A DNA stretch of 64,000 nucleotides from an uncultured virus (IMG/VR IMGVR_UViG_3300044626_000606) (taxonomy: Duplodnaviria > Heunggongvirae > Uroviricota > Caudoviricetes): IMG/VR virus record IMGVR_UViG_3300044626_000606; one strand, given 5' to 3'. Numbering within the stretch: the first letter of the stretch is position 1; each line of letters begins with the position of its first letter. Made by a program: the position numbers and the translations under genes. The notes under the pieces are model-generated. The model was not told the DNA's origin and ran no database searches. It worked only from the letters and a program-made list of their open reading frames with translations. Shown here piece after piece: positions 47,433-57,652 of this stretch.

Positions 47433-49448
47433 TTAAAGATAGTTCAGAGATGATACGCCGTAAAGGTTTGTTCCATCCGACACAAAAGTAAGTACACTGA
47501 CCTTATTGGCTCCAGAAGTGACTGTTGGAGTACTCCCACCTGGGAACTTGTAGGTTGACCCATAGGAAAGTGTATGGCCACCAGTCCCATTCTGCTTAAC
47601 AATAAGGATGTAAACGGCTCCGTCTTTTGGGGTATCTGTAGGATTGGCCAGCGTCCTACTTCCAGCCAAGGTTACCGAGCAGACTTGGTTTTCCGCCAGA
47701 GTCCACGAAATGCTGGCGGCATCCGTAAGGGCGGTGGCATTGAAGTTGTGGGTGCGGGTATATTCCTGGGCAGTTCCGAGCACAGCCACTTGGGTCGTGT
47801 CCACCTTGGAAGAACCCACAACAGAACTGCCGATTGTCGTGACTCCAGTGTTGGAGATCGTGACATCGCCAGTGACAGCCACGGCTGTGGCAACATTCCC
47901 AGAGCTTCCAACAATGATCCGCGCAGAGTTAAGGGCTTCCAGTTTGCTGAACTCGATCGCCGCATTGGAAGCCACCTTGGCATTCGTGATTGCGCTGTTG
48001 GCAATGGTTAGCGAGCCAGTGTTGGATATGGTGGCGTCGCCAGACATAGAAACCGCCGTGGCCACATTGCTGGAGTTACCGACAAGAATGTGGGCGGAGG
48101 TGAGAGCTTCGAGTTTGGAGAAATCAATGCCAGCCGATGCCGAGATTTTGTTGTCGTCGATGGCTCCGTTGGCGATTGTGAGAACGCCCGAGTTGGTGAC
48201 TGTTGCGTCCCCAGAAATCGACTGGGCGGTTGCGACATTGCTAGCATTCCCGATAAGGAAGTGAGCCGATGTCAAAGGAGCCAGCTTGGAAAAATCAATG
48301 GCGGCGGATGCGCTGACATTGCTGTTGGACACAACACCCGAAGCAAGAGTTGTGGCGAGGGAGACGTTGGCTGTTCCGTTAAAACCGACTGCGGAAGCCG
48401 TAACATCACCCGTGATCGAGAAGTTTCGGCTGTTGGCTAATTGGTTGGCTGTGGATACCGTTCCGTTGATGGTGCCGGAAACAGTTAAATCTCCAGTCAC
48501 GGAAAGGCCAGTAGAGCTTACTTGAAACTTGGTGGCTCCGTCGATGGAACCAGTAATCGTCCCAGTGCCAGCGTCAACGACGGCTAGGGAGGAGTCACCA
48601 GCACTAATCGTTGAAGTTGCTCCGCCACCATAAGGATTCTGCCAAGAAAGATTGCCAGACCCGTCGGTAACCATCACAAAACCAGCGGAACCAGTGGCCG
48701 TCGGAAGGGTTAAAGTATAGCTGGAGGAAACCGTGCCAGGAGCCCTAAACCCGACATATTCACCACCAGTCGTGTCCTCAAAACGGAGTGGCCCCTGTGC
48801 AGTAAGATTGACCTGGGTGAATTTGCCGGTCGACTGCGAAGATGCCCCAACGGATGTTCCGTCGATGGTTCCTCCGTTAATGTCGGCGGTTGTAACCGAG
48901 CCCAAGTCGGAGACAGTCTTACCAGCAAACGAAAGGGTATTGGGGAGGGAAAGGGTAACTGCGGCCGTTTCAGACCCAGAACCCGAAACGGAAATCTCGT
49001 TGCTCGTCCCAGCAATCGTCGCCACATAGTTTCCAGTCGTATCCGTCCCGAGTGCAACGGAATTAGGCTCGATGGTCGCCGTGAGAGTACCACTAGCGAG
49101 ATTGGTTAGTGTGACATTGCCCGACAAGTCTCCAGCCAAAGTAATGACCGGGGACTTATTGATGACAACTGCGTTATCAATGTCGCCAGAATTAATGTCT
49201 ACGTTGGCGAGAGTGGACAACCCAATGAAGTTGGAGGTGTTCGAAACTGTGAGACTATTTAGCGTGCTGTCGCCAGAAACTTGTAAAGTCCCGGAAGAGG
49301 CAATGCCAGTGGAGGAGATCTGGAGGGCTGAAGCGGTTGCGTCCCCGTCCTCAACGACGGTTAGGCTGGAAGTGATTCCGCCAGAGGCCGCTGTTTTCAG
49401 AAGCTCCGTGTAGGAATCGGCAATAGTGCGTCCTGTTAATGAACTCAT
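47433..49448 (-). CDS. Tail fibre protein
   Basis: Three imperfect AIDFSKL..L.SA...VGN.SNVATAV...GD repeats; Ser/Thr/Gly-rich. Confidence 0.8.
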   Translation of the reverse strand: MSSLTGRTIADSYTELLKTAASGGITSSLTVVEDGDATASALQISSTGIASSGTLQVSGDSTLNSLTVSNTSNFIGLSTLANVDINSGDIDNAVVINKSPVITLAGDLSGNVTLTNLASGTLTATIEPNSVALGTDTTGNYVATIAGTSNEISVSGSGSETAAVTLSLPNTLSFAGKTVSDLGSVTTADINGGTIDGTSVGASSQSTGKFTQVNLTAQGPLRFEDTTGGEYVGFRAPGTVSSSYTLTLPTATGSAGFVMVTDGSGNLSWQNPYGGGATSTISAGDSSLAVVDAGTGTITGSIDGATKFQVSSTGLSVTGDLTVSGTINGTVSTANQLANSRNFSITGDVTASAVGFNGTANVSLATTLASGVVSNSNVSASAAIDFSKLAPLTSAHFLIGNASNVATAQSISGDATVTNSGVLTIANGAIDDNKISASAGIDFSKLEALTSAHILVGNSSNVATAVSMSGDATISNTGSLTIANSAITNAKVASNAAIEFSKLEALNSARIIVGSSGNVATAVAVTGDVTISNTGVTTIGSSVVGSSKVDTTQVAVLGTAQEYTRTHNFNATALTDAASISWTLAENQVCSVTLAGSRTLANPTDTPKDGAVYILIVKQNGTGGHTLSYGSTYKFPGGSTPTVTSGANKVSVLTFVSDGTNLYGVSSLNYL

Positions 49449-49594
49449 GCTAAACTCTCCCAAAGTTGTGCGAATTGCTCCCAGTTCTCACCGATGAGGT
49501 CGTAGTCCTGCCAGTAGTACACACCCGACTGGCAGGCCGAAGCGAAGACCTGGGATGATTCGGCATCGCAGGTGGTTGTGACGGAAGCTGGCAT
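49445..49594 (-). CDS. Small fibre adaptor-like protein (49 aa)
   Basis: MPASVTTTC...YWQDY...NWEQFAQLWESLA; ATGA overlap with the fibre gene. Confidence 0.5.
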   Translation of the reverse strand: MPASVTTTCDAESSQVFASACQSGVYYWQDYDLIGENWEQFAQLWESLA

Positions 49595-49597
49595 AGG

Positions 49598-50893
49598 TTA
49601 GATTAAAGCAGTAATTTCTCCCGCGGCAAACCCCTCGGCTTGCACCCGAACCGTCGCCCTAGCCCCGCCACGCATTTCTGAAAGCTCCTTCTTGAGAATG
49701 TTGATCGCCTTCTGTTCGTGGTAGGCGGCAACCTCCGGCTTGTCTTTGGCGGCTTGGAGGGAGAAGGCCATCTCCTTGATGGCTTGGTAATTGCGGATGT
49801 CCATCAAGTCGGAGTCCTGGTTTTTGGACTTCCAGCGTTTCTTGGCCAAAACCTCAATGCATTCTGGGGCGGTGGCGTCACGGATGAAATACTTTCGGTG
49901 CCAAGCGTTGTTGGCGTAAACCTCACCACGATCGATCAACACATTCCACCCGTCGGAATCACGGGTGTTATAACCAGGACCATTCTCGTGGAAGTCAAAG
50001 TTTCGGTCAAAAATGTTGACTGGGTTGGTGTCCATCGAAGCAAAGAGGATCGTGCCGATGTCGCTTGGGATAAGGATTTCGTTGGTCTGGGTGACATTGA
50101 AGCGGTAACGCTCGATTGTCCCGTACCATTTCCCAAGGGCAAAGAGAGACTCCTCGGCATCGTTGATAAGATTGACCATCTCGGCATCTGAAATTTTGAT
50201 GCCGTCGGTAAGATCAAGAGCCATCCTAGCACGAAACTCCCCGAGAGAGTAAGGTATGCTGGAATACACTTGGGTCTGAAAGTTGACCCTTCTGGCGGCC
50301 TCAACTGAACGATCCGTTTTGACCGTAAGTCTCTCGATGGCTTGTTCAAGGAAAGCTCTGGCAACATCAAGCTGACCGCCCTGTTCGCGCCAAAGGGCGA
50401 GAACCATAAGCTTGAGGGCGTCCAGATCCTGAATAATAAGTAGATCGTTATCGTTAACAGCTGGCTGATAATTGAGCTTACCCGTAATCTCAACACGGGG
50501 TACATTGATGCTGTCCCCGATCAGCTGGAAGGTGCGAAGATCCGAGGATGTGGGGGCAAACTGAAGCTGGACAAGTGAGGTGCTATCGGCCACAAAGGCT
50601 TGCACGCTATTGGTCATAAAACCAACATTGGCGGAAGTCTCGGCAATCCTTGTGGCAGACTCTAGGCCGAAACCGGCAAAAGTTGTGATGTTACCCGTAT
50701 AGTCAGGTAGAGTGAACTGGCTGCCCGTCACGTTGACCGCATACTTAGCCATCACACCAAGCCAAGCACGATAGCTGTGAAGACGGCGTTGGGCTTCGTT
50801 GATTCTGGCGATTACCCGATCATCGCCGGGGTAAATGCCGTTATCGACATAGGGAGCTAGAAAAGCTTTGGCCTCTGAAAGTGTTACGGCCAT
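49598..50893 (-). CDS. Tail tubular A/adaptor-like protein with internal duplication
   Basis: Two units: RINEAQRRL...W.G...Y and LINDAEESL...W.G...Y. Confidence 0.55.
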   Translation of the reverse strand: MAVTLSEAKAFLAPYVDNGIYPGDDRVIARINEAQRRLHSYRAWLGVMAKYAVNVTGSQFTLPDYTGNITTFAGFGLESATRIAETSANVGFMTNSVQAFVADSTSLVQLQFAPTSSDLRTFQLIGDSINVPRVEITGKLNYQPAVNDNDLLIIQDLDALKLMVLALWREQGGQLDVARAFLEQAIERLTVKTDRSVEAARRVNFQTQVYSSIPYSLGEFRARMALDLTDGIKISDAEMVNLINDAEESLFALGKWYGTIERYRFNVTQTNEILIPSDIGTILFASMDTNPVNIFDRNFDFHENGPGYNTRDSDGWNVLIDRGEVYANNAWHRKYFIRDATAPECIEVLAKKRWKSKNQDSDLMDIRNYQAIKEMAFSLQAAKDKPEVAAYHEQKAINILKKELSEMRGGARATVRVQAEGFAAGEITALI

Positions 50894-50896
50894 TGC

Positions 50897-51355
50897 TTAC
50901 TCCCCGAACACGACAAACGAAAGAAGTCCGTTGGTTAGGTCTGCAGCGGAGCCAGAACCGCTGGTGACTAATGTCACGGAAAAGCCGGAAGATGTCTTGG
51001 CGTGGTAGGAGGCGATAGGCTGTGTCGTGCCGGACGGAGAACCAGTGGAGACACCGACGGTCGTATTGATCGTGTAGTTGGCGGAAGAAAGAGAGTTGGT
51101 AAAAATAACGGCATAGACGCCAGTACCAGTGCGATTGACGCTTGAGACATTGTATTGACGTTTGATCCCACCATTGGCAATGGTTCTGGGGTTGGTGGCT
51201 CCGGATGTCACATCAAATTCTGCCCAAGCAACAGCCTGCACAGCCGTGTTGGTGGCCGAAGGAACAGCGTCGAGATACTGGGCAAAAAGCTCCAGCAAAG
51301 CCTGTGGGGTTCCGTAACAGGCGTCTGGGGGAAGGGTTCCTGGGACTAAAGCCAT
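50897..51355 (-). CDS. Tail fibre-related protein
   Basis: AWAEFD...NVSSVNRTGTGVY...F...L..ANY. Confidence 0.6.
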   Translation of the reverse strand: MALVPGTLPPDACYGTPQALLELFAQYLDAVPSATNTAVQAVAWAEFDVTSGATNPRTIANGGIKRQYNVSSVNRTGTGVYAVIFTNSLSSANYTINTTVGVSTGSPSGTTQPIASYHAKTSSGFSVTLVTSGSGSAADLTNGLLSFVVFGE

Positions 51356-51358
51356 AAC

Positions 51359-53413
51359 TTATAACCTCGCTTGCACATGGGTTGCTATTACGGCGGAAGC
51401 GTCGTAACCGCGACAAGCCATTCCTGCGTAGTTAGATCCGGTGGTGTATAAGCTCCCGTCAGTTGTATGAACGGCTAGGGAGTAGGTGGTGCTGTATTTC
51501 CCGATAAATGTAATGTCTTTTACGATTGTTTTGTCAATTCGAACTGGCAGAAAGCTAAGGGGTTGAGCCGAGTTACCGATCCCTAGATTACTATTTCCGT
51601 TGTAACCAGTTGCATAAATAGTTCCGTCTGTCCTCAAAATAGCCGAAGAGGCAACTGAACTGGCTTGCCAAGAGCCAACTGTTAGTAACCTTGCCACATT
51701 ACTGGAAGTATGCCCACCTGGGACAGCTGTTGGGGCAGAAACCGCATTAGTGGTCGTGCCAAGCCCAAGTTGCCGATAACCGTTGTACCCCCAAGCAACG
51801 AGAGATCCGTCTGCCTTGAAGGCAAAAGCGTGACCGGCGGCATAGCCACCGTTGCCAAAAATATACCTTCCAGAACCAGTCGGGAAAATGGCACCACCTT
51901 GAACTTGAGCCATATAGGTTGTTGAGGAATTGGAAAGACCACCGCCTTGACCAAGCTCTCCGTTGTTCTCGTAGCCAACCGAGTAAATTAAACCACCACT
52001 GGTTCTATAAAAAATGGCTGGGTAATTGCAATCGATTCCTGCAATTTCAACAATGTTGGTTAAGGGTGTACCAGACGAAACATTAACAAAATCAAAGGTA
52101 GTTTTGGCTAACGTATCGCCTCGACTTAATTGGGCGTGTCCGTTGTATCCGGCGGCCTTGGCACGACCGGACGAAAACAAAACTACGCAAACTGAGTATT
52201 GATTAACCCCAATAACGGCGATATCAGTTATGGTGGCGGCTCCGTCAGAACAACTTAAAATTTGTGGCGTGTTAGCGTCTGATGTGCCCCCGTTACCAAG
52301 TTGGCTGTGACCATTGTAGCCCCATCCGTATAAAGTCTGTGAGCCACCAGAGGTTTCGACGAGAGCTAGACAGGTTGTACGATCAGAACCGCTCGAGAAA
52401 CTTGTGGCAAACTTTTTAACAACCCCACCACCGCTAAAGGTTATCTTCTCAAAGACAGTTGAATTTTGCGCATAATTTGTTATTACACCTGTAAAACCAC
52501 GACCAAGCTGTCCGTATCCGTTATACCCCGCACTCCACAAAGACCCATCGGCGCACAAGACATAAACAGATTCGGATGAAGTGTAAATAGAAATCGGCTT
52601 TAGTTTGTTACCGGAATAGTCAACGATTGGGATGTTAATCGGGTTTAAAGCATCGTTATTGTCTGAACCAGTAGCTAAACAATAGTTATAATTATTTCCA
52701 GCAACAAGTATGTCGTCGTTAGACGAAATTGAATAGAATTGGTACCCACCACCTCTAGTACGCATCCCATCGTCAACCAGCAATGGCTGAACCATTGCGT
52801 AAGCCACAGCGGAAGCTCCAGATCCTGCGCCAACTGCGGTAATCGTAACAGTTGGATTTTGATCGGTGTAACCAGACCCACCATCAGTTATCGTAATGGC
52901 TGTTACACTATTCCCGACAACAGTAGCCGTTGCCGTGGCTGTAACGCCAGAAGGAGGGGCGGCAATCGAAACTGTTACACCAGATGTGTAACCAGATCCG
53001 CCAGCCAGCACGACAACGCCTTTGACGGAGCCGGTTGTCGGGATAGTGGTGCCAGAACGGGCTTGAGATCCACGAGCAATGTCGGCTCGGACCGTGGATG
53101 CCAACTTTGCGGAAGTAACATTATCGTTTGCAATTTTGGCGGTCGTTACTGCTGAATCGTTGATCTTGGCCGTCTCGACTGCGCTAGTGCCAATAGCCGC
53201 CGCATCCACAGCACCAGCCGCAAGTTTCGGAGTGGTAACCGATCCGTTGGCGAGTTGGGTAGTCCCGACTGAACCAGCTGGAGGAACGCCAATAGCGGCT
53301 TTAACTACGGCTCCAGTTACTTTCTTCGTAACTCCCCCAGATACAAGGGGTAACACATCCGTGTCGGAGAAGGTCGCCGAGGTGGTTAGAGCAGAGATTT
53401 TTACGCCAGCCAT
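51359..53413 (-). CDS. Fibre/receptor-binding protein with RCC1-like beta-propeller
   Basis: N-terminal KISAL anchor, VTTAKIA repeats, GSGYT repeats, about seven GYN..GQLG-type repeats. Confidence 0.85.
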   Translation of the reverse strand: MAGVKISALTTSATFSDTDVLPLVSGGVTKKVTGAVVKAAIGVPPAGSVGTTQLANGSVTTPKLAAGAVDAAAIGTSAVETAKINDSAVTTAKIANDNVTSAKLASTVRADIARGSQARSGTTIPTTGSVKGVVVLAGGSGYTSGVTVSIAAPPSGVTATATATVVGNSVTAITITDGGSGYTDQNPTVTITAVGAGSGASAVAYAMVQPLLVDDGMRTRGGGYQFYSISSNDDILVAGNNYNYCLATGSDNNDALNPINIPIVDYSGNKLKPISIYTSSESVYVLCADGSLWSAGYNGYGQLGRGFTGVITNYAQNSTVFEKITFSGGGVVKKFATSFSSGSDRTTCLALVETSGGSQTLYGWGYNGHSQLGNGGTSDANTPQILSCSDGAATITDIAVIGVNQYSVCVVLFSSGRAKAAGYNGHAQLSRGDTLAKTTFDFVNVSSGTPLTNIVEIAGIDCNYPAIFYRTSGGLIYSVGYENNGELGQGGGLSNSSTTYMAQVQGGAIFPTGSGRYIFGNGGYAAGHAFAFKADGSLVAWGYNGYRQLGLGTTTNAVSAPTAVPGGHTSSNVARLLTVGSWQASSVASSAILRTDGTIYATGYNGNSNLGIGNSAQPLSFLPVRIDKTIVKDITFIGKYSTTYSLAVHTTDGSLYTTGSNYAGMACRGYDASAVIATHVQARL

Positions 53414-53423
53414 AAACGAGGTA

Positions 53424-53591
53424 CTATGTTTTTATCTCCAAAGAATCTTCTGTCAACAGGGTGTCGCCATCCGCAATGTTCGGATCTGTGGCGGAAGGGT
53501 CTTCGCCAAGCAAAACAAAGGAAGTCTCAACCCTAAAGTTTAGGATTGGTTCTGGGCAACAATCAAGTTCCTGGCAAGTTTCGTCGGCCAT
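53424..53591 (-). CDS. Small fibre adaptor-like protein (55 aa)
   Basis: MADETCQELDCC...LLGED...LLTEDSLEIKT. Confidence 0.5.
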   Translation of the reverse strand: MADETCQELDCCPEPILNFRVETSFVLLGEDPSATDPNIADGDTLLTEDSLEIKT

Positions 53592-53592
53592 A

Positions 53593-55962
53593 TTACCCTA
53601 GCTCCACATAATCGATTCCTTGGTACTGCTCAAGGATTCGCTGGCAAAGGATAAGGAAACGGCTGACCGTGGCCTTGCCAGACCATTCAATACGAACCTG
53701 GAAGTCGTTCCCGTAGGTGTACGGCTTGTTAACGATTGGGTCAACATCCTCGGAAGGCGTCGGCATGCGGATCTGGGGGCGGTACTGAGCCCTAAAGTTT
53801 TTGGCTGAAAATTCGGCATCACATTGCTGGGTGGCTGGGTCTTGGACTGGCGTGACGATAAGGTTTGTGACAACAGTTCCGCCGATCGTCACTGGGCCAG
53901 TGATCGTGTACACATAGGACGGGAAGGTTCCGCTTCTGGAGACAGAAGCGTGAGTGATGCCTGCGGCGGTCAGAGCCGCAGAGACAGTCGAGCTATCGTT
54001 AGCCTGTTCAGCAAATGACAAGAGACTGGTGTAGACCTTGTCTGCCACGATTCGGTAGTTCCGCAGAGCCGAAGAGGAGTATGTCAAAGTCCAATTACCA
54101 CCAGATTCGGAAACGCTCGGGGTACCCGTAACGCAATTCTCAACCGTGGCACAACGGGAGAAACTGTGCCAGGGTCTCCAGCAAGGGTACTCATCTGGAC
54201 GCCAGTAAATATTGAAGTTGGCTTCCCCGTTGAGTTCGGCCAGCCAGAAGTCTGCGCGAATAAGCCGTTTTTGTTCCAAAGGGTTTCCGAGGGACATTGC
54301 ACGAGTTTCAAGAATAGAACTGATTGGCGACTGAGAACCACCAGAAACAATGTCGTATTCCCGATCCTTGGTGATCTCCCAGAGACCGAGAAGACCGGAA
54401 TTGACATAATCCAGATTAACGGCGTAAGCCTTGGGGATACCCGCAACGGAGCCAGAGTAAAGCTGGACGACATCCAGACCAGTCCAGATCCCGTCGTAGG
54501 CTGGGCTTCTCTTGCCACCAGTGCCAGTAATGGATGTAAAATCAAGGGCAACAAGACCGCTAAAAGTCACTGGACGGCGTTTGCCGGTGCTGAGAATCGG
54601 GCTGTTGGAGTAATCGACTTTGGGGCTGCAGGTAAACAAAAGCCGATTATCAAACACAGTGCTGCTCACATAATTAAGATAGTTACGGCTGTCCCGATCC
54701 AGGACATAGTTCATCTCGGTGGAGATCGGGACTTGCCCGTAATCCGATCGTTCGGCTCTGGAGTTGCGATAGCTCCGAAGCCCGTCAAAAGCTCTAAAGA
54801 AGATATCACCGTTGGTCGAAGAGATGCTGTCGTGGCTGGTGCATCCGATCTCTGTTAGGGAAATCCGCTGGAAACCAGATGTGGTTTTCCAGGCAGTTCT
54901 GGGAACCGAGACAGAAAGCGAGACAACGCCACGCTCGCAGAAAACAATAAGATCTCCTTGGCCAGTGCCGGTATCTTGAATGGGTACGAAGGTAAGACCA
55001 GTGATCTTTCCGAGGAAAGTGGCTGGCTGGAGGGCACCACCTTCGTTTAGATAGGTAAGTTCAGTAAACTTGAGGAGATCCGACTCTTGACCCGCATTGG
55101 CCTTGGAAACATACCCGCCAGTTCCGGTTGCACTTGTATCTGAATAATCAATATCAAAAGTGGTGGAAGCTGGGATCGCTGAAATTTCCCAAGTACCGTT
55201 AATAAAATGTTCGCTACTATGGCCAGAAATTGAAATAACATCGCCGGCGGCAAATCCGTGATTTGATGTGGTCGTTAAGCGATATTTTCCTCCGGAAGCC
55301 ACACCACTGGTAATCTCGATTTGAGTTGTGCTTCCGCCGTAAACAAGGTCTCCAGCAAAAATCTTGGTGCGGGAGGCGTTGGTCACAAACAAGCGACCTT
55401 GGCCGTAGGCCATAATCGTTCCAGGCCCGACATTGTGGATCTGCGAGACGGCTCCCGTGGAAAGCGTAGGGCCAACACCAGATTGGTAGAGATAGTCTCC
55501 GTCCCAAATCAGTGGCGTGTTTACCCCGTCTTGGATGACAAGATAACGCTCGGCTCTTGCGAAGTAGCAACGAGAAACTGCATCTAAGCGATGAGCGGTG
55601 TCATCGGCACCAGCCGCAGTTCTGGGGTAAAGACGATCCACGACATAGGTGGAAAGGTTGATCTTAACGACATAGCCGTCGACCACGCAGATAAGCGATG
55701 AATCCTTGTTCCCACGGGTTTCGGAGTAGAGGAAACCACCTTGGTAATACCCACTGGAAAAGAGATCCAAACCAGAGCCAACACCGTCAGATAGGGCAAG
55801 CTGTGAGAAGCCTGGGCGGTTGGTGGGCTTGCCACCCCTAAAAGTTACATTGACGGCTCTGGCAACGCTATTGGGTGCGATAAGCTGTGGGCTTAAGTTG
55901 GAGTCCATACCACCAGACCAGTCAACTTGGCCGTCCACGAGTAATGTTGCGTCGCTGATCAC
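53593..55962 (-). CDS. Tail tubular B/nozzle-like protein
   Basis: 789 aa, beta-rich; N-terminal W.GGMDS...NV..RGG....RPG; synteny. Confidence 0.7.
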   Translation of the reverse strand: MISDATLLVDGQVDWSGGMDSNLSPQLIAPNSVARAVNVTFRGGKPTNRPGFSQLALSDGVGSGLDLFSSGYYQGGFLYSETRGNKDSSLICVVDGYVVKINLSTYVVDRLYPRTAAGADDTAHRLDAVSRCYFARAERYLVIQDGVNTPLIWDGDYLYQSGVGPTLSTGAVSQIHNVGPGTIMAYGQGRLFVTNASRTKIFAGDLVYGGSTTQIEITSGVASGGKYRLTTTSNHGFAAGDVISISGHSSEHFINGTWEISAIPASTTFDIDYSDTSATGTGGYVSKANAGQESDLLKFTELTYLNEGGALQPATFLGKITGLTFVPIQDTGTGQGDLIVFCERGVVSLSVSVPRTAWKTTSGFQRISLTEIGCTSHDSISSTNGDIFFRAFDGLRSYRNSRAERSDYGQVPISTEMNYVLDRDSRNYLNYVSSTVFDNRLLFTCSPKVDYSNSPILSTGKRRPVTFSGLVALDFTSITGTGGKRSPAYDGIWTGLDVVQLYSGSVAGIPKAYAVNLDYVNSGLLGLWEITKDREYDIVSGGSQSPISSILETRAMSLGNPLEQKRLIRADFWLAELNGEANFNIYWRPDEYPCWRPWHSFSRCATVENCVTGTPSVSESGGNWTLTYSSSALRNYRIVADKVYTSLLSFAEQANDSSTVSAALTAAGITHASVSRSGTFPSYVYTITGPVTIGGTVVTNLIVTPVQDPATQQCDAEFSAKNFRAQYRPQIRMPTPSEDVDPIVNKPYTYGNDFQVRIEWSGKATVSRFLILCQRILEQYQGIDYVELG

Positions 55963-55968
55963 GGCTTA

Positions 55969-55995
55969 AGTCTATCCTCTTTTCGGGGTACGCAA
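55969..55995 (-). promoter_or_regulatory. Promoter TTGCGT-N15-TAGACT, GTG 6 nt downstream
   Basis: Read directly from sequence. Confidence 0.5.
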
Positions 55996-56376
55996 GACAT
56001 CCCAGTTGTCCCGCCACTCGCAGTTGGGGGCGAAATAGACCGATTGAGTGCGTGGGAGCTTTTCAAAAGGCACCACGAAAACCGCATTGAGCTTGGTATG
56101 GTAGAAAACAAACGCATCCACCACCCCCTTGCTGTAGGGCTTTTTTGTGTTGAGTTGTTGGAACCCAGACCCACGTAGGGCAAAAAACTTTAGCTTCGAG
56201 CGTCTGGAATCTTCGTATCCAGAGGTGGTCTTGACTTGGATGCGTTTTAAAGTCCCCTTGTAATCCGTGATCAAATCGTAGCCTTGGTCATAGATAGGTT
56301 GGCTAACAAGGAAGCCTTGCTCCAAGAGCACGGAGGTCACTTTGCAAACCCCAATGGCTCCAATAGCCTGACTCAT
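55972..56376 (-). CDS. PD-(D/E)XK endonuclease, homing-endonuclease-like
   Basis: VSQP...YDLI.D...RIQVKT...Y...VD.F. Confidence 0.8.
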   Translation of the reverse strand: MSQAIGAIGVCKVTSVLLEQGFLVSQPIYDQGYDLITDYKGTLKRIQVKTTSGYEDSRRSKLKFFALRGSGFQQLNTKKPYSKGVVDAFVFYHTKLNAVFVVPFEKLPRTQSVYFAPNCEWRDNWDVLRTPKRG

Positions 56377-56903
56377 AGCCAGTCCTTCCCGAGAACATTG
56401 ACAGCCAATCGGCGACGGCGGTAAACGCCATCTCCGTCACGGCTCCCGCCACCATTGGTGTTCCCCTCGATGGTCACAAGCCAGTCACCCTCGTTTTTCT
56501 CAACCAAACCGACATGAGCAACACGACCCATAGAGTTAAACCAAATCCCAAAAACATCGGCTGGTTTGAGGGGTGTGCCTCTCCGCTGGCGATCCCAAGT
56601 CGGCTTTGCCAGGAAAACTGGAGACCAGCCAGATCTCGGGTAAGGGTTAAAGATGGTCGATCCGAAGGCTTTGTCACCGACCCAGACAATGAAGGCTGCA
56701 CACCAGGGGGCTTTCGTTCCGGCAAGGTTTACGGATGCGAGGATCTCGTCCACCACGGGCCCGTCGTTGCGTCCACTTGCCTCTCGAATCCCGATAGATT
56801 TACGGGCCTGTTCGACGATGAGAAGCCTCTCCTTTTCAACTCCTGGGCCAGCCAGACAGTCGGAAAGAAACGCAAGAAAAAGCGCAACATAAACTATTTG
56901 CAT
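56373..56903 (-). CDS. CHAP-domain endolysin with N-terminal signal
   Basis: IG.RE, PWCAAF, HVGLV, TIEGNT; hydrophobic N-terminus. Confidence 0.85.
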   Translation of the reverse strand: MQIVYVALFLAFLSDCLAGPGVEKERLLIVEQARKSIGIREASGRNDGPVVDEILASVNLAGTKAPWCAAFIVWVGDKAFGSTIFNPYPRSGWSPVFLAKPTWDRQRRGTPLKPADVFGIWFNSMGRVAHVGLVEKNEGDWLVTIEGNTNGGGSRDGDGVYRRRRLAVNVLGKDWL

Positions 56904-57235
56904 GAAAGGATTGCGGAGATCAAGAGGATCCCAAAAACCAAAACAAAGATCTTCAACCTTGTTCCAGCGCAAGCTTCCTTCCAGTCATCCTTGAGAACGC
57001 CCTTGTCAACATACCGATCAAGAATCTTCCAATCCAACTGGAGCACGCTCCAAGCTAGGAACGTGCAGAAAAGAAACCGAACAGCCCCAAATGCAAGAAC
57101 ATGGAGGCTCCCTAAATCAACCGTGCCAGCCGTGGTGTCGAAACCCTGCAAGATTGGGCCGAGAAGAAAGAAAATGATGATAGCGACAAGCAAAGCCGCA
57201 AGACCCTGCAAGTTGGATCTAAGCCAGCGGATCAC
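56894..57235 (-). CDS. Holin-like membrane protein
   Basis: Three hydrophobic segments; lysis cluster. Confidence 0.55.
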   Translation of the reverse strand: MIRWLRSNLQGLAALLVAIIIFFLLGPILQGFDTTAGTVDLGSLHVLAFGAVRFLFCTFLAWSVLQLDWKILDRYVDKGVLKDDWKEACAGTRLKIFVLVFGILLISAILSCK

Positions 57236-57618
57236 CAGGGGATCCCCACAAACTTACGCACCAGCCAAAGAATTGGACCACGGGCGGCAAAAAGCACCGC
57301 CACAATCAAAGCACCACGCCAAAACCAAAGTTCCTTCAAGGCTTTGCGTTGCTTTTCTTTCCAGTACTCGGCCTTGGCGAGAGCTTCGTTGCGTTCACGA
57401 ACTGCTTCTTCCAGCTGTTGAGAATTAGTGAGACATAGGTCTTTTGCAGACTTAAGTTGTTTCTGGGCTTCTTCAATGTGCTTGCGAACCTCTGGGCTTG
57501 CGGATTGTTTGGCTAGGTCGAGCCTTGTCTCAGCAACAGAAAAGTCGGGAGACCCCTTGTAAGAGGTTGTGGAACAGGAAACTAGAAAAAGGCATAGCGG
57601 CAATAGTAAAATGCCCAT
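57232..57618 (-). CDS. Lipoprotein with C-terminal TM helix (spanin-like)
   Basis: Lipobox LVSC, coiled coil, C-terminal hydrophobic helix; alternative GTG start at 57633. Confidence 0.6.
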   Translation of the reverse strand: MGILLLPLCLFLVSCSTTSYKGSPDFSVAETRLDLAKQSASPEVRKHIEEAQKQLKSAKDLCLTNSQQLEEAVRERNEALAKAEYWKEKQRKALKELWFWRGALIVAVLFAARGPILWLVRKFVGIPW

Positions 57619-57652
57619 GCCAGATGATTTCACGGATTTTCGAAAAGACAAG

